The notes under the pieces are model-generated. The model was not told the origin of the DNA. It ran no database searches and worked only from the letters and a program-made list of their open reading frames with translations. From sequence record OK254198.1: a stretch of DNA of 64,000 nucleotides. One strand, 5' to 3'. This stretch comes from Escherichia phage PSD2001. Positions 21,285 through 30,279 of this stretch are shown one piece after another. Both the position numbers and the translations under genes were made by a program. Each line of letters begins with the position of its first letter. Position 1 is the first letter of the stretch.

Positions 21285-22660
21285 AGAGCCTCCAAGTCAT
21301 TAAGGTATTCAGTTTTAACATCAGTTGTCTTCCAGTATTCATGCTCAGCTTTCTTAGCCTTTGCTTCGTCTGCAAGCTTCTTGGCTTCATCAGAGGTCAT
21401 ATGGTAGATGTTCATCGCCACTAACTTCTCTGCATAATCGCCATATATTTCACTTGCCTGGAGTTCCTCAATCAACTTCTTACGAGGTTTCCCCTGGATA
21501 ACAACCTTACCGTCAATCACTTCTTTAATAAAGAAGACTTTTGCCCGGGCCAGTTTAAATGCTGCTTCAGTTTCTTTAATCTTACTGTCAATTCGCACTT
21601 GAACATAAGTCTTACGGACATCAACGAAATCGCGAATCAGGTCAAGCGTGTTGGTGTATTCGGCCAGCTTACCTTTGTGATTAAGCACCGTTAAGTTCTG
21701 GGAGAGCTTCTCAATCAGACCGAAGTCTTTCATGATTTTCTCATGATTCTCTTCTTCAGTACCATCCAACTTGTATTCTTTGCGGAATTTAATCTTAAAC
21801 CCAAAACCATGCTCGCCGCAGTTATCTTTCCAGGTGATAAAACCTTTCTCTTCCAGCGGGTCCAGGATTTTACTTGTATACTTTTCCAGGTTCCATTGGA
21901 CCGGGATTTCAGTAATTTCCATTTGGGTCCTGGAGGTCATTTTGTATGTGCCATGAAGTTCATACTTACCAGGCTCTTCCAGCTCAACAACTTCACCGCG
22001 GAATTCTGGATATTTTACTTTCGGAGCAACCGGCTCACGACCTTCCACGATAGCTTTAACAGCTTCCTTGACGTCCTGGAACGAATGAGGAAGTATATCA
22101 GTAGCGAAGCCAACAGCAATCCCAGAAGTGGCGTTAAGTAATACAGTAGGAATAACAGGAAGATAAAAAGCAGGAGGCTTATGTTCTTCATCAGGATGGA
22201 CCGGAGCATATTCTGTATCCTTAAACAAGTTATAAAAGTTCTTTGAAACCCTTGCGAATACATAACGAGCTGATGATGCTTCTGGCACCATTCTGGAACC
22301 AAAGTTGCCTTGCCCATCAAACATGGGGTATTCATTTTTATATGTTGCGACCAGACCAGAAGTTGCTTCTTCCGCCGATGCTTCGCCATGGTGATAACCA
22401 TAATCAGCTACGCCGCCGGCGATAGATGCAACTTTATGGAATTTATTCTTATCACCACGAGCCAGGTCTAATGCTCTCGCCATAACAAATCTGTGAACTG
22501 GTTTAAAACCATCAATCATGTTTGGGATGGCACGACCTTCCACAGTGTAGATAGCATATGATAATGCTTCCACATCAATAATGTCTTTTAGACTGCGTGG
22601 GTTAAGGGTCCCCATGGAATCACTGAACTGTTTGGACATCATACTTAAAACGTCAGACAT
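21281..22660 (-). CDS. 52: DNA topoisomerase II medium subunit gp52
   Basis: 459 aa; GyrA/ParC-like N-terminus (...AIPNMIDGFKPVHRFV...) as in T4 gp52. Confidence 0.93.
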   Translation of the reverse strand: MSDVLSMMSKQFSDSMGTLNPRSLKDIIDVEALSYAIYTVEGRAIPNMIDGFKPVHRFVMARALDLARGDKNKFHKVASIAGGVADYGYHHGEASAEEATSGLVATYKNEYPMFDGQGNFGSRMVPEASSARYVFARVSKNFYNLFKDTEYAPVHPDEEHKPPAFYLPVIPTVLLNATSGIAVGFATDILPHSFQDVKEAVKAIVEGREPVAPKVKYPEFRGEVVELEEPGKYELHGTYKMTSRTQMEITEIPVQWNLEKYTSKILDPLEEKGFITWKDNCGEHGFGFKIKFRKEYKLDGTEEENHEKIMKDFGLIEKLSQNLTVLNHKGKLAEYTNTLDLIRDFVDVRKTYVQVRIDSKIKETEAAFKLARAKVFFIKEVIDGKVVIQGKPRKKLIEELQASEIYGDYAEKLVAMNIYHMTSDEAKKLADEAKAKKAEHEYWKTTDVKTEYLNDLEAL

Positions 22661-22668
22661 ATATCACC

Positions 22669-22809
22669 TTACCAGATTAACGAATGTACTGCCATTATAG
22701 CATCAGAAATAAAAAGCACAACCTGCACTAATGCAAACATAACTCCATAATACAACGCCACCAATAAGGTAGCAAGGGCTAACGAGTAGCCCAGGATTTT
22801 CTTAATCAT
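22669..22809 (-). CDS. small membrane protein (46 aa); not in ORF track
   Basis: ATGA overlap with the upstream gene stop; hydrophobic; ends 8 nt before the gene 52 ATG. Confidence 0.4.
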   Translation of the reverse strand: MIKKILGYSLALATLLVALYYGVMFALVQVVLFISDAIMAVHSLIW

Positions 22810-22991
22810 TTGTTAACCGCTGATTCCAGAAATTTGACTAAGGCATCCAGTACAAACCATGTGCAAATAAATCCTGCAAAAAGAGTACTTGGGACCCATA
22901 CACCTGTAGCAAAAAGAGTCACAGCAACGATAACAGCTACGAGCCAGATAAAAGTAAAAACTGTTTGCATATTTTCCTCAAGGGCGTCCAA
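22806..22991 (-). CDS. small membrane protein (61 aa), in the T4 ac/stp region
   Basis: ORF track; two predicted hydrophobic helices. Confidence 0.5.
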   Translation of the reverse strand: MDALEENMQTVFTFIWLVAVIVAVTLFATGVWVPSTLFAGFICTWFVLDALVKFLESAVNK

Positions 22992-23059
22992 AGACGCCAG
23001 TTAATTTCAGATTATGACGATGCCATTGCATCACGTGCTCATTATGGAAATTACTCATA

Positions 23060-23509
23060 TTAATAGCTCTGCAGAATGAATTTAAAGTTATCAGCAAGCA
23101 TGCGATTCATTTCTGAAAGGGTCTGACAATCAGAACTATGTGAGCGTGTGAACGCCATCGCAATTTGACCTTTACCATAACCAGTTGTCAAAGGTTTCAT
23201 TTTAGAAACTGGAACAAACAGGACTTCATAGATAACACCATTGTTCGCCATTGTGCGCGACAGTTGTGAACGCTGTTTGCGGATGTGACTTAATACAGTG
23301 TCAAACCCTTGTTGTGAACGTTGGTTACCAACGTAAAAACGTGCAGCAACAATACGTGATTCGCCTTCACCTTTAACCACGAAATAAAAACCTGGTTGGG
23401 TGATAGCTTCTTTAGTTGGACGCCCTACAACATAATTGCCATTATGGATGTGAGCAACAGTGGTAGCGCCAGCATTCAGTACGTCACGACGGGTCATGTA
23501 AGTAGTCAT
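23060..23509 (-). CDS. ndd: nucleoid disruption protein Ndd
   Basis: 149 aa; ...PGFYF...[29 protein letters not shown]...[12 protein letters not shown]...AFTR...[15 protein letters not shown] matches T4 Ndd. Confidence 0.9.
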   Translation of the reverse strand: MTTYMTRRDVLNAGATTVAHIHNGNYVVGRPTKEAITQPGFYFVVKGEGESRIVAARFYVGNQRSQQGFDTVLSHIRKQRSQLSRTMANNGVIYEVLFVPVSKMKPLTTGYGKGQIAMAFTRSHSSDCQTLSEMNRMLADNFKFILQSY

Positions 23510-23552
23510 ATTAATTTCCTCAGTAAGTTAAAGTTTTGTGCTCCAGTGGGGT

Positions 23553-23592
23553 CATTATACTCTGACCCCAAGAGTTTGTACACTATTTTTGA
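23553..23592 (-). promoter_or_regulatory. early promoter cassette with stem-loop spanning the -10 region
   Basis: ggggtcattatactctgacccc ... tttgtacactattttt. Confidence 0.55.
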
Positions 23593-23927
23593 AGTTGTTC
23601 TAAAATAAATCCGCTGGTGTAAAAGGGAGCATTATAAACCTTGTTCAGTGGGTTCAAAGCCTGTCCGTAAGTATCACATAGTTCTTTGATAACATTTTCA
23701 TAGCTTACATAATAACCACTATGATAATACGGGTCCATACTCATACGAAATTTAATGAACCGATAAAAGCCTGTTTCTGGGTCTTGAACGAAAACGAAAT
23801 CAGCACTCGTCATAATTTTTGAATCTACGCCGGGAATCATACTTTGATTGAATGCCGCCGATGCATCCTGAAGGCTGAGTTGTTTAAAGAACATCACCTT
23901 AGCATTACCAAAAAAGATTTTAGACAT
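23583..23927 (-). CDS. hypothetical protein (114 aa)
   Basis: Start set at internal Met with AAGGA RBS. Confidence 0.5.
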   Translation of the reverse strand: MSKIFFGNAKVMFFKQLSLQDASAAFNQSMIPGVDSKIMTSADFVFVQDPETGFYRFIKFRMSMDPYYHSGYYVSYENVIKELCDTYGQALNPLNKVYNAPFYTSGFILEQLQK

Positions 23928-23937
23928 GATAATTTCC

Positions 23938-24150
23938 TTATTCAGCGTCAACAGAAATAGCCATCAGTTCATCAACAGTAAGACACTGTACACTAGGACC
24001 TACGCAAAAACGCTTAGTTGAATCATTGAGGTCTGTAGCATTAACAGGTTGTAATTCGGTCCCAACTTGCAAAGGAGAAATACGAATAAGTTGTTGGCCA
24101 TTATGCAATACAAAGCTCTCACCGACTACCACATCTTTAAAAAGTTTCAT
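23938..24150 (-). CDS. hypothetical protein (70 aa)
   Basis: ORF track; GAGG RBS. Confidence 0.5.
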   Translation of the reverse strand: MKLFKDVVVGESFVLHNGQQLIRISPLQVGTELQPVNATDLNDSTKRFCVGPSVQCLTVDELMAISVDAE

Positions 24151-24167
24151 AATATTTTCCTCAGTAA

Positions 24168-24314
24168 TTAAAGAATTTCTTCAATTTGAATGTATTTGCT
24201 ATAACCTTCCTCAATGAGGATATCACGAGCACAATCAGCACTGATATAAGCATTAAAGCTAAGGGTTTTAATCACTTTACCATGCAGCTTTACTTTATAA
24301 ATTCGATTACCCAT
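24168..24314 (-). CDS. hypothetical protein (48 aa)
   Basis: Internal Met with GAGG RBS; intergenic cassette near-identical to that of 23938..24150. Confidence 0.45.
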   Translation of the reverse strand: MGNRIYKVKLHGKVIKTLSFNAYISADCARDILIEEGYSKYIQIEEIL

Positions 24315-24324
24315 AATATTTTCC

Positions 24325-24435
24325 TCAGAAGTTAAAGAATACGCGTACATGGTCAATCATAAAAACAATTGGGAAAATGCTCAGGACAACAAACAGTACA
24401 AACATGTTCCAAATGGCTTTAAGTAACTTTTTCAT
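24325..24435 (-). CDS. small hydrophobic peptide (36 aa); not in ORF track
   Basis: GGAG RBS and early promoter cassette upstream; coordinates approximate. Confidence 0.35.
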   Translation of the reverse strand: MKKLLKAIWNMFVLFVVLSIFPIVFMIDHVRVFFNF

Positions 24436-24460
24436 AATCATCTCCAGTAGTTGATAGGTT

Positions 24461-24498
24461 CATTATACTACAACCACTGGAGATGTACACTCTTTTAT
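24461..24498 (-). promoter_or_regulatory. early promoter cassette
   Basis: cattatacta...gatgtacactctttt. Confidence 0.55.
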
Positions 24499-24580
24499 GC
24501 AAGTTTCAATAATAATAAACTAAAACAAACGCAAATTACTGGGATGCACAACATCCAGATAAAACACCAGGTTCTGCTGC

Positions 24581-24844
24581 TCACAATTCCACCTCAATGA
24601 TTTCAAGTTGATTTTCAACAATTGCATGCTGAATACATTTATACACATCAATGGACCAGGAATTATTATATTGCCCATCAATCAAACGTTGAAGGTCTTC
24701 GCGAGTTGACAGATATGGTTGGTCTGATTCCCATTTTGATAAAAACATTGTGGTGTATGTATCGCCTTCGCCGGTGACAAAGGTCGCGGATGCAACAAAT
24801 TCCCCAGTAACTTTATGCTTGACATAGTAAAATTTAAATTTCAT
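24581..24844 (-). CDS. hypothetical protein (87 aa)
   Basis: Internal Met with GGAG RBS; early promoter cassette upstream. Confidence 0.5.
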   Translation of the reverse strand: MKFKFYYVKHKVTGEFVASATFVTGEGDTYTTMFLSKWESDQPYLSTREDLQRLIDGQYNNSWSIDVYKCIQHAIVENQLEIIEVEL

Positions 24845-24872
24845 TTTGTTTCTCCAGTCTGTTTGGTAACTC

Positions 24873-24912
24873 AGTATGAAGCCATTATGCACTGACTCCA
24901 TACTGATGTACA
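24873..24912 (-). promoter_or_regulatory. early promoter cassette
   Basis: aactcagtatgaagccattat...gatgtacactatttt. Confidence 0.55.
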
Positions 24913-24917
24913 CTATT

Positions 24918-25193
24918 TTAATTGTGCATTTGTTCTTTAACTTCTTTATATGCGCCAACTGCATTCACGACCCCAGTAAAATCTGCAGTACCGCGATAGA
25001 GATATAAAGCAATTTCAGTCAGGTGGTAGACTTCAAATTCTGAAAGATAAACGATAACGTCATAATATGCAACTTGACCCTGGACTTCGTTGAATACCAC
25101 ATCAAAAATTTCATGAGTTGGAAAATTGATGTTGTTGTTTTTGAGTGCTTGGATAAGAATTTGTTTGATGTTGTGAGTAGTAACGTGTTCCAT
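24918..25193 (-). CDS. hypothetical protein (91 aa)
   Basis: Internal Met with GAGGA RBS; the track ORF's 5' extension overlaps the next gene. Confidence 0.5.
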   Translation of the reverse strand: MEHVTTHNIKQILIQALKNNNINFPTHEIFDVVFNEVQGQVAYYDVIVYLSEFEVYHLTEIALYLYRGTADFTGVVNAVGAYKEVKEQMHN

Positions 25194-25222
25194 GATAATG
25201 TCCTCATTTGTTGGTATGAGGA

Positions 25223-25256
25223 CATTATTACACAGTTGGTTCAGCTTGTAAACCGG
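25223..25256 (-). promoter_or_regulatory. early promoter (-35 GTTTACA)
   Basis: cattattacacag...cttgtaaacc; hairpin cctcat...atgagg adjacent. Confidence 0.5.
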
Positions 25257-25834
25257 TGATAGGGAAATTTTTCTTCTGAACAAGAACGGAGGTACCAGCC
25301 ATCCCCTTGTGACTTTTGCACAAGACCAGACTCAGGAACGAAAGCACCAGGTCCAGCAAGGAATTTTGGCTTAAAACGATAACCTTTGATAGTCTCTTTT
25401 ACATTAAACATAATCATAAGGTCAGCAAGCTTGTGTTGCATAAAAGGACCAAGATTGACCCCGTAACCATGCGGATAATCGCCCTGGTGACCAGTATGCA
25501 CGGATATCCATTTGGAACCGGACTGATGAGTCTTGACTTCAATTCTTACGCCTTCTTTCGAAACTACATCAAATGCAAAGGAATAAGGATTATCGTAATC
25601 TTCATCACCGCCGCATAAAAAGCCGGAGGTCCATTTGGCAATAGCTTGTTCTGCCATTGTAGCCACCATACATCTTTGCATGACTTGCTCACGGTCCTGG
25701 CCAGGGTCTTTACGTAATGAATACCTGGCAGTGTCTACAATCTTTTGCAGTGATTCTGGGGTTAAGTCTTCTTTTGTATAAAGAAAGGAAGGCATCTTTT
25801 TCAGATGCTCCCATGTTTTACTCTTCTGAATCAT
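25241..25834 (-). CDS. hypothetical protein (197 aa) in the T4 denB (endonuclease IV) position
   Basis: Size and position next to rIIB resemble T4 denB; sequence identity not confirmed from memory. Confidence 0.45.
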   Translation of the reverse strand: MIQKSKTWEHLKKMPSFLYTKEDLTPESLQKIVDTARYSLRKDPGQDREQVMQRCMVATMAEQAIAKWTSGFLCGGDEDYDNPYSFAFDVVSKEGVRIEVKTHQSGSKWISVHTGHQGDYPHGYGVNLGPFMQHKLADLMIMFNVKETIKGYRFKPKFLAGPGAFVPESGLVQKSQGDGWYLRSCSEEKFPYHRFTS

Positions 25835-26087
25835 CTTTTACCTCATCGATACCGACGATTCCCCGGATATGAAGCTCGCCATAGTACAAACGGTCATTAG
25901 CATCAAATGTATCAGAATCCGGGTCAGGAAATTCCCCAACAACTACTTCATCACATTCCAACCAGCCATAGTGAACATCACCTTCATGCTTGATAAGCTT
26001 ACCACAGTAAACTATTCCTGCATAATGATGACCCCGGAGATTTGAAACTTTGATGTCACGGTCTGACACATTGAAATGCTTAATCAT
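25818..26087 (-). CDS. hypothetical protein (89 aa)
   Basis: ORF track. Confidence 0.5.
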   Translation of the reverse strand: MIKHFNVSDRDIKVSNLRGHHYAGIVYCGKLIKHEGDVHYGWLECDEVVVGEFPDPDSDTFDANDRLYYGELHIRGIVGIDEVKDDSEE

Positions 26088-26090
26088 AAT

Positions 26091-26288
26091 TTATTCACCA
26101 AAATAAGAGATACGAGTTGCCAGTACATGAGCATATGCGCCCATCGCATCTAACTGGGCAATCAAAAGACCTTGTTGACGAGCATCGAGAGTTTCAAAAA
26201 CTCCACCCTTAATAAACTCTTCAAGAGCATTAATTTTCAAAACCAGCTGGTCATATTCTTCAACTACACGTGCTTGGAAACCTAACAT
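26091..26288 (-). CDS. hypothetical protein (65 aa)
   Basis: ORF track; directly downstream of rIIB. Confidence 0.5.
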   Translation of the reverse strand: MLGFQARVVEEYDQLVLKINALEEFIKGGVFETLDARQQGLLIAQLDAMGAYAHVLATRISYFGE

Positions 26289-26300
26289 AAAGCCTCATTA

Positions 26301-26314
26301 GGGGCCGAAGCCCC
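26301..26314 (-). terminator. stem-loop terminator after rIIB
   Basis: ggggcCGAAgcccc. Confidence 0.55.
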
Positions 26315-26321
26315 GATTAAT

Positions 26322-27296
26322 TTAGAATTGTTCAGTTACATCATCAAGGACCAGATAACCACATACCCTCATTTTGGAATCATTATAATCCACCGGGATG
26401 CTTACAACATCGCGCGGGTGAACTTTACAGGATACGATGCGCCCATCACCATGACCAAAGCCACTTCCGATATAACCTTTAGAACAAACGTGCAGCCCAG
26501 TTGAACAGGTCTGTTCGTCATTGTCATTCACACGAGAGCGCGGCATTTTAACATATTGGCCAGGGCTGTTGTCGAATGTGTTTGAGTGGCAATCTTTGTA
26601 GGTTGAACGAACCATTTTCCATGCGATGAAATGGCCGTCTTCGGTGATTTCGATATCGTTCGCAACCAGGAAGTCAAACAAACGCTGTACGGCTTTCTCA
26701 CTCGGGTTCTCAAGGAGATTCTCAAGGAACGGCAGATAAAATTCAAAGTCTTCGCCATTTTGCATTGAATCAATGATACGAGTAACCAGGCCAGAGCGCA
26801 GTTCAATTCCCTGATAGAACAGACTACCACCTTCAATACGCACATCGCCTTTTACATATTTTTGTACTGCAGCTTTGATTGAAATAAACTCGATAGCATC
26901 ATCAAAACGAGATTCAATCAATGCCTGAATAATATCATTAAAGTGTTTATGGTCTTTTGTTGCGTTCCAGACTGTACGACCTTCAGTGATGGAAACGAAT
27001 TTGCTTGATGCGTTCCATACGATTTCTGGACGGCTACCGCCGATTGTATCTTCAACAACCGGAACTTCAACCGTTACTGTCACTGGAGCATTAATCGCCA
27101 CACCAACAGCTGCTTTCAGTGATGCAGAAATGGTTTTAGATAATTTTGATTCTTTATCATTTTTCAAAACACGGCGAATGGTGTCAACCGATACACCGAA
27201 ATTATCTGCTAGTTCCTGTTGGGTATAATTACCAGTTTTATAAAGAGAAACTACCTGGTTTTGGTCAAATTTGGATAAAGCTTTAATATTAAACAT
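26322..27296 (-). CDS. rIIB: rIIB membrane-associated protein
   Basis: 324 aa; ...YTQQELAD.FGVSVDTIRRVLKN... matches T4 rIIB. Confidence 0.93.
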   Translation of the reverse strand: MFNIKALSKFDQNQVVSLYKTGNYTQQELADNFGVSVDTIRRVLKNDKESKLSKTISASLKAAVGVAINAPVTVTVEVPVVEDTIGGSRPEIVWNASSKFVSITEGRTVWNATKDHKHFNDIIQALIESRFDDAIEFISIKAAVQKYVKGDVRIEGGSLFYQGIELRSGLVTRIIDSMQNGEDFEFYLPFLENLLENPSEKAVQRLFDFLVANDIEITEDGHFIAWKMVRSTYKDCHSNTFDNSPGQYVKMPRSRVNDNDEQTCSTGLHVCSKGYIGSGFGHGDGRIVSCKVHPRDVVSIPVDYNDSKMRVCGYLVLDDVTEQF

Positions 27297-27297
27297 A

Positions 27298-29532
27298 TTA
27301 TTCCTTATTGGCCGCTTCCACGGCTTTCATGATTTGAGCAACGTTCTGTACTTGTTCAGTTGACATGGCGTTACGGTTATATAAAAAGTGTGAAACAATC
27401 GGGTGATTCTTTTCAAATTCAAAAACCATTTTATCGCTTGTTACCGAAGCGTTTTTGGTCAGGTCGTCATAAATCTTATTACAAAGGACCAGTGTTTCCT
27501 GCATGGTCTTATCAACCGTTCCACTGTTATATGCGTTATAAGCAAAGAACTTATTGAACTGCATTAGTTCGGCATAGTCAGTATTCACATCTTTCTGAAC
27601 ATCTTTTGCATAAAAATACTTGAACATAAAATTCAGTTCTGCATATTCAGACAGGATAGGAATATAATAACGCGAACGGCTTGAAGCGGCAATGTACTGG
27701 TCAGCATCAACCGCATCAATCAATTCCACATAACGATTGACTGCAGCTTCAATCAGACAATCACACTGCGCCAGCTTGGTAACCTTTTTCTGAAGCTGTG
27801 GACGAATAACACAGAATTCATTGATTTCCAACAGGTTTGCCAGTTTACACAATGTCTGGGTCCCGAAGGTCGTGGTGCCATATTCTTGATTCAACGGGGA
27901 AATGCTACTGCGGTTAATGAATACAGCATAACCATCGATTTCCTCTGCATCAGCTGCACATGTAAATTCTTCAACAGACTGCCATTTGCCATTAGTTTTA
28001 GTCCAACGAATCAATGATGGAGTCTTTGACTTAACGCGCGCTTTCGGGTCAGCAACCGGAATCCAGTCTTTTACAAGGGCGGTCAGTTCAGACGTACGAT
28101 AGATATTAACTGTATCGCCTTTAAATCGTTCTTGAAGTTGAACCATCAGACGTGTTTGAATTTCGCTGGTTGGGTCAACGAACAATAGACTACTACCTTG
28201 TACAGTCGGGACTTTACCAGATGCTTTGAGCTTTTTGGCTTTCGCGCTGGTGTCATATAGCATTGAACTGATACCACGAATCATCGCAATTCGCCCTTTA
28301 GCATCGTCAATAACAATGTTCAAGGTATTATTCTGAATACCAAACATGCTCGTCAGACTTGCAGTATTCGTGTTCGAGCTTGAGTTACGCAGACGTTTCA
28401 GACGGGTAGTGCTATAGATATCATAGACAACCCCGGCATTAATAAGGTCTTTGTCCAGCTCGAACATTTCATACATCTGGTTAAAGGTCAATTGCGATTT
28501 CGTAAATTTCGTTTCAGCATTACGAGCTTTCAGAAAATTACGAGCTTCATAACTCAGACTCTGTAATTCGCGATACGTGTGGCGGATACATTCTGATTCC
28601 TGCCATTTCTTACAATCATCTTCCATGACTTTCTTATCAAGGGATTCAATACGTTCAACGATATTTGCGACCGTACGTTTATCCAGTGATAATGCTTCGC
28701 GAGAAGGTGCAATATCCAACGAACCCATCGGGAACTTAATAAAGACAACATCATTTTTGGCAGTCATCCAGGTTTTCTTTGTATAACCGTCGGCAATTGG
28801 ATAAACAATTCCACCGTAAATTGCATAAAGACCATAACGTTCTGGGCTGCTATAATTAATACGCTCTGGAGCATAATAATCATCAAATTCCGGGAAATAA
28901 TTAATTTCGCCTACGCCTTGTACTTCAGCCAGTCCAGCAAATGGGCGCATGATATATGCAATCTCGTGGCGGAACTTACCAAAATCATTACTATCAACCG
29001 GGACAACAACTTCAATCCCTGTGCGGTCGCCAGGTTTCATTGGTTCGCTAAAGGTTGGCTTAATCTGTGGACCATCACCATCCATATAAGCGACATAACC
29101 ATTAACTTGACCATCATGATACGAAATCAGGCTAAACGTCTCTGTATAACTGAACGGAGATTTAGAACCCAGACCAAAGCCACCAATAAAATCATTGGAT
29201 TCAGCCTTGGATGATGCAAAGAAACTGTTATACAGACCTGGGGTATTTTCATCACCACGAATCTGGAAATCACTCATACCCGGACCAAAGTCACGACACA
29301 CAAAACGTGGGTCCAGTTCACCAGGAGCCTGGACAATGAATTTATCCTGACAACCATTGAGCATATGAGCATCAATCATATTGGTAATCAGCTCACGAAC
29401 AACCGCACGCACCTTGTTTGTATAAAGGTCGCTGGTCAGAATCTTAAACACCTTTGGAGATGCCTGGATTGTGAATGCTGATGCCTTGGCACCATTACCA
29501 AGGATTGTTTCCTTTTCAGTTTCTAAAATCAT
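27298..29532 (-). CDS. rIIA: rIIA protein
   Basis: 744 aa; N-terminus ...KETILGNG.K...SPKVFKIL.SDLYTNK.RAVVRELITNMIDAH... matches T4 rIIA. Confidence 0.95.
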   Translation of the reverse strand: MILETEKETILGNGAKASAFTIQASPKVFKILTSDLYTNKVRAVVRELITNMIDAHMLNGCQDKFIVQAPGELDPRFVCRDFGPGMSDFQIRGDENTPGLYNSFFASSKAESNDFIGGFGLGSKSPFSYTETFSLISYHDGQVNGYVAYMDGDGPQIKPTFSEPMKPGDRTGIEVVVPVDSNDFGKFRHEIAYIMRPFAGLAEVQGVGEINYFPEFDDYYAPERINYSSPERYGLYAIYGGIVYPIADGYTKKTWMTAKNDVVFIKFPMGSLDIAPSREALSLDKRTVANIVERIESLDKKVMEDDCKKWQESECIRHTYRELQSLSYEARNFLKARNAETKFTKSQLTFNQMYEMFELDKDLINAGVVYDIYSTTRLKRLRNSSSNTNTASLTSMFGIQNNTLNIVIDDAKGRIAMIRGISSMLYDTSAKAKKLKASGKVPTVQGSSLLFVDPTSEIQTRLMVQLQERFKGDTVNIYRTSELTALVKDWIPVADPKARVKSKTPSLIRWTKTNGKWQSVEEFTCAADAEEIDGYAVFINRSSISPLNQEYGTTTFGTQTLCKLANLLEINEFCVIRPQLQKKVTKLAQCDCLIEAAVNRYVELIDAVDADQYIAASSRSRYYIPILSEYAELNFMFKYFYAKDVQKDVNTDYAELMQFNKFFAYNAYNSGTVDKTMQETLVLCNKIYDDLTKNASVTSDKMVFEFEKNHPIVSHFLYNRNAMSTEQVQNVAQIMKAVEAANKE

Positions 29533-29539
29533 GTTTTTC

Positions 29540-29749
29540 TCACTTTATGTTACGTTTGATTAATTCTGCAACTTCAAGAAGTTCATCCTTTGTTGCGGTG
29601 TCTGAAGCTATTTTAATACGGATTTCTTTGAAGCGTTCTTTAAACTCTTCAGCTTCTCTTATATCAAAAAATCGTTGGATAACGCGGTATTCTTTATGGA
29701 CAGCCTTATCAAACAGTTCCATATTAACTTTGAAGTTCGTCATTTCCAA
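29540..29749 (-). CDS. hypothetical protein (60-69 aa), rIIA.1-like position
   Basis: ORF track; an alternative start at ~29722 sits 2 nt before the upstream stop. Confidence 0.45.
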   Translation of the reverse strand: MEMTNFKVNMELFDKAVHKEYRVIQRFFDIREAEEFKERFKEIRIKIASDTATKDELLEVAELIKRNIK

Positions 29750-30008
29750 TCTCCTGTAATATTTTTCTCATACTACGCATGGTAGCTTTATGTTCTTGGT
29801 CATGGTATATCAATGCAAGGAGTGCTTCAATTCGCTCCTCAGGAACCTTCTGACCAGCTTTAATGCTCATGGCTGTTGTTCTTACAGCCAACAAGTAACT
29901 TCGCTTCCTGTCGCTATCTGGGAGCTCCTGCACCTTCCTCAGGCCTGCTTCCATAATACAACGAGCAACATTCTGTAGATTAACTAAACTTCCGTCAGAC
30001 ATAATCAT
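29724..30008 (-). CDS. hypothetical protein (94 aa)
   Basis: ORF track. Confidence 0.5.
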   Translation of the reverse strand: MIMSDGSLVNLQNVARCIMEAGLRKVQELPDSDRKRSYLLAVRTTAMSIKAGQKVPEERIEALLALIYHDQEHKATMRSMRKILQEIGNDELQS

Positions 30009-30063
30009 ATTTTCACCTCAAGGACATCTTAACGCAATTTTTATGGCTTGTACATAATAAAAA

Positions 30064-30079
30064 AGGACCCGAAGGTCCT
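30064..30079 (-). terminator. rho-independent terminator downstream of the gene 39 unit
   Basis: aggaccCGAAggtcct + T-run on the minus strand. Confidence 0.7.
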
Positions 30080-30084
30080 TTTGG

Positions 30085-30237
30085 CTACTCAACTTTATAG
30101 ACTTGCCCATATGCGGTATAGTATTCACCATCCCAGGTCTCGCACATAATGGTGACAAAGGATGCAAACAGGGGTTTAGTATCGGCCCACAGATAACCGT
30201 ATTCGCCATTTGACAACGTAACCCACCACTTTTTCAT
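30085..30237 (-). CDS. hypothetical small protein (50 aa); not in ORF track
   Basis: Hand-translated MKKWWVTLSNGEYGYLWADTKPLF...; followed by a terminator hairpin. Confidence 0.4.
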   Translation of the reverse strand: MKKWWVTLSNGEYGYLWADTKPLFASFVTIMCETWDGEYYTAYGQVYKVE

Positions 30238-30279
30238 GGACTTCTCCTATAAGACGGGAGAATATTCTCCCACATCTAT

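Noticed and set aside
30018-30209. 63-aa minus-strand ORF
   Set aside because: It spans the terminator hairpin at ~30064-30079 and overlaps a better-supported 50-aa ORF; likely spurious.
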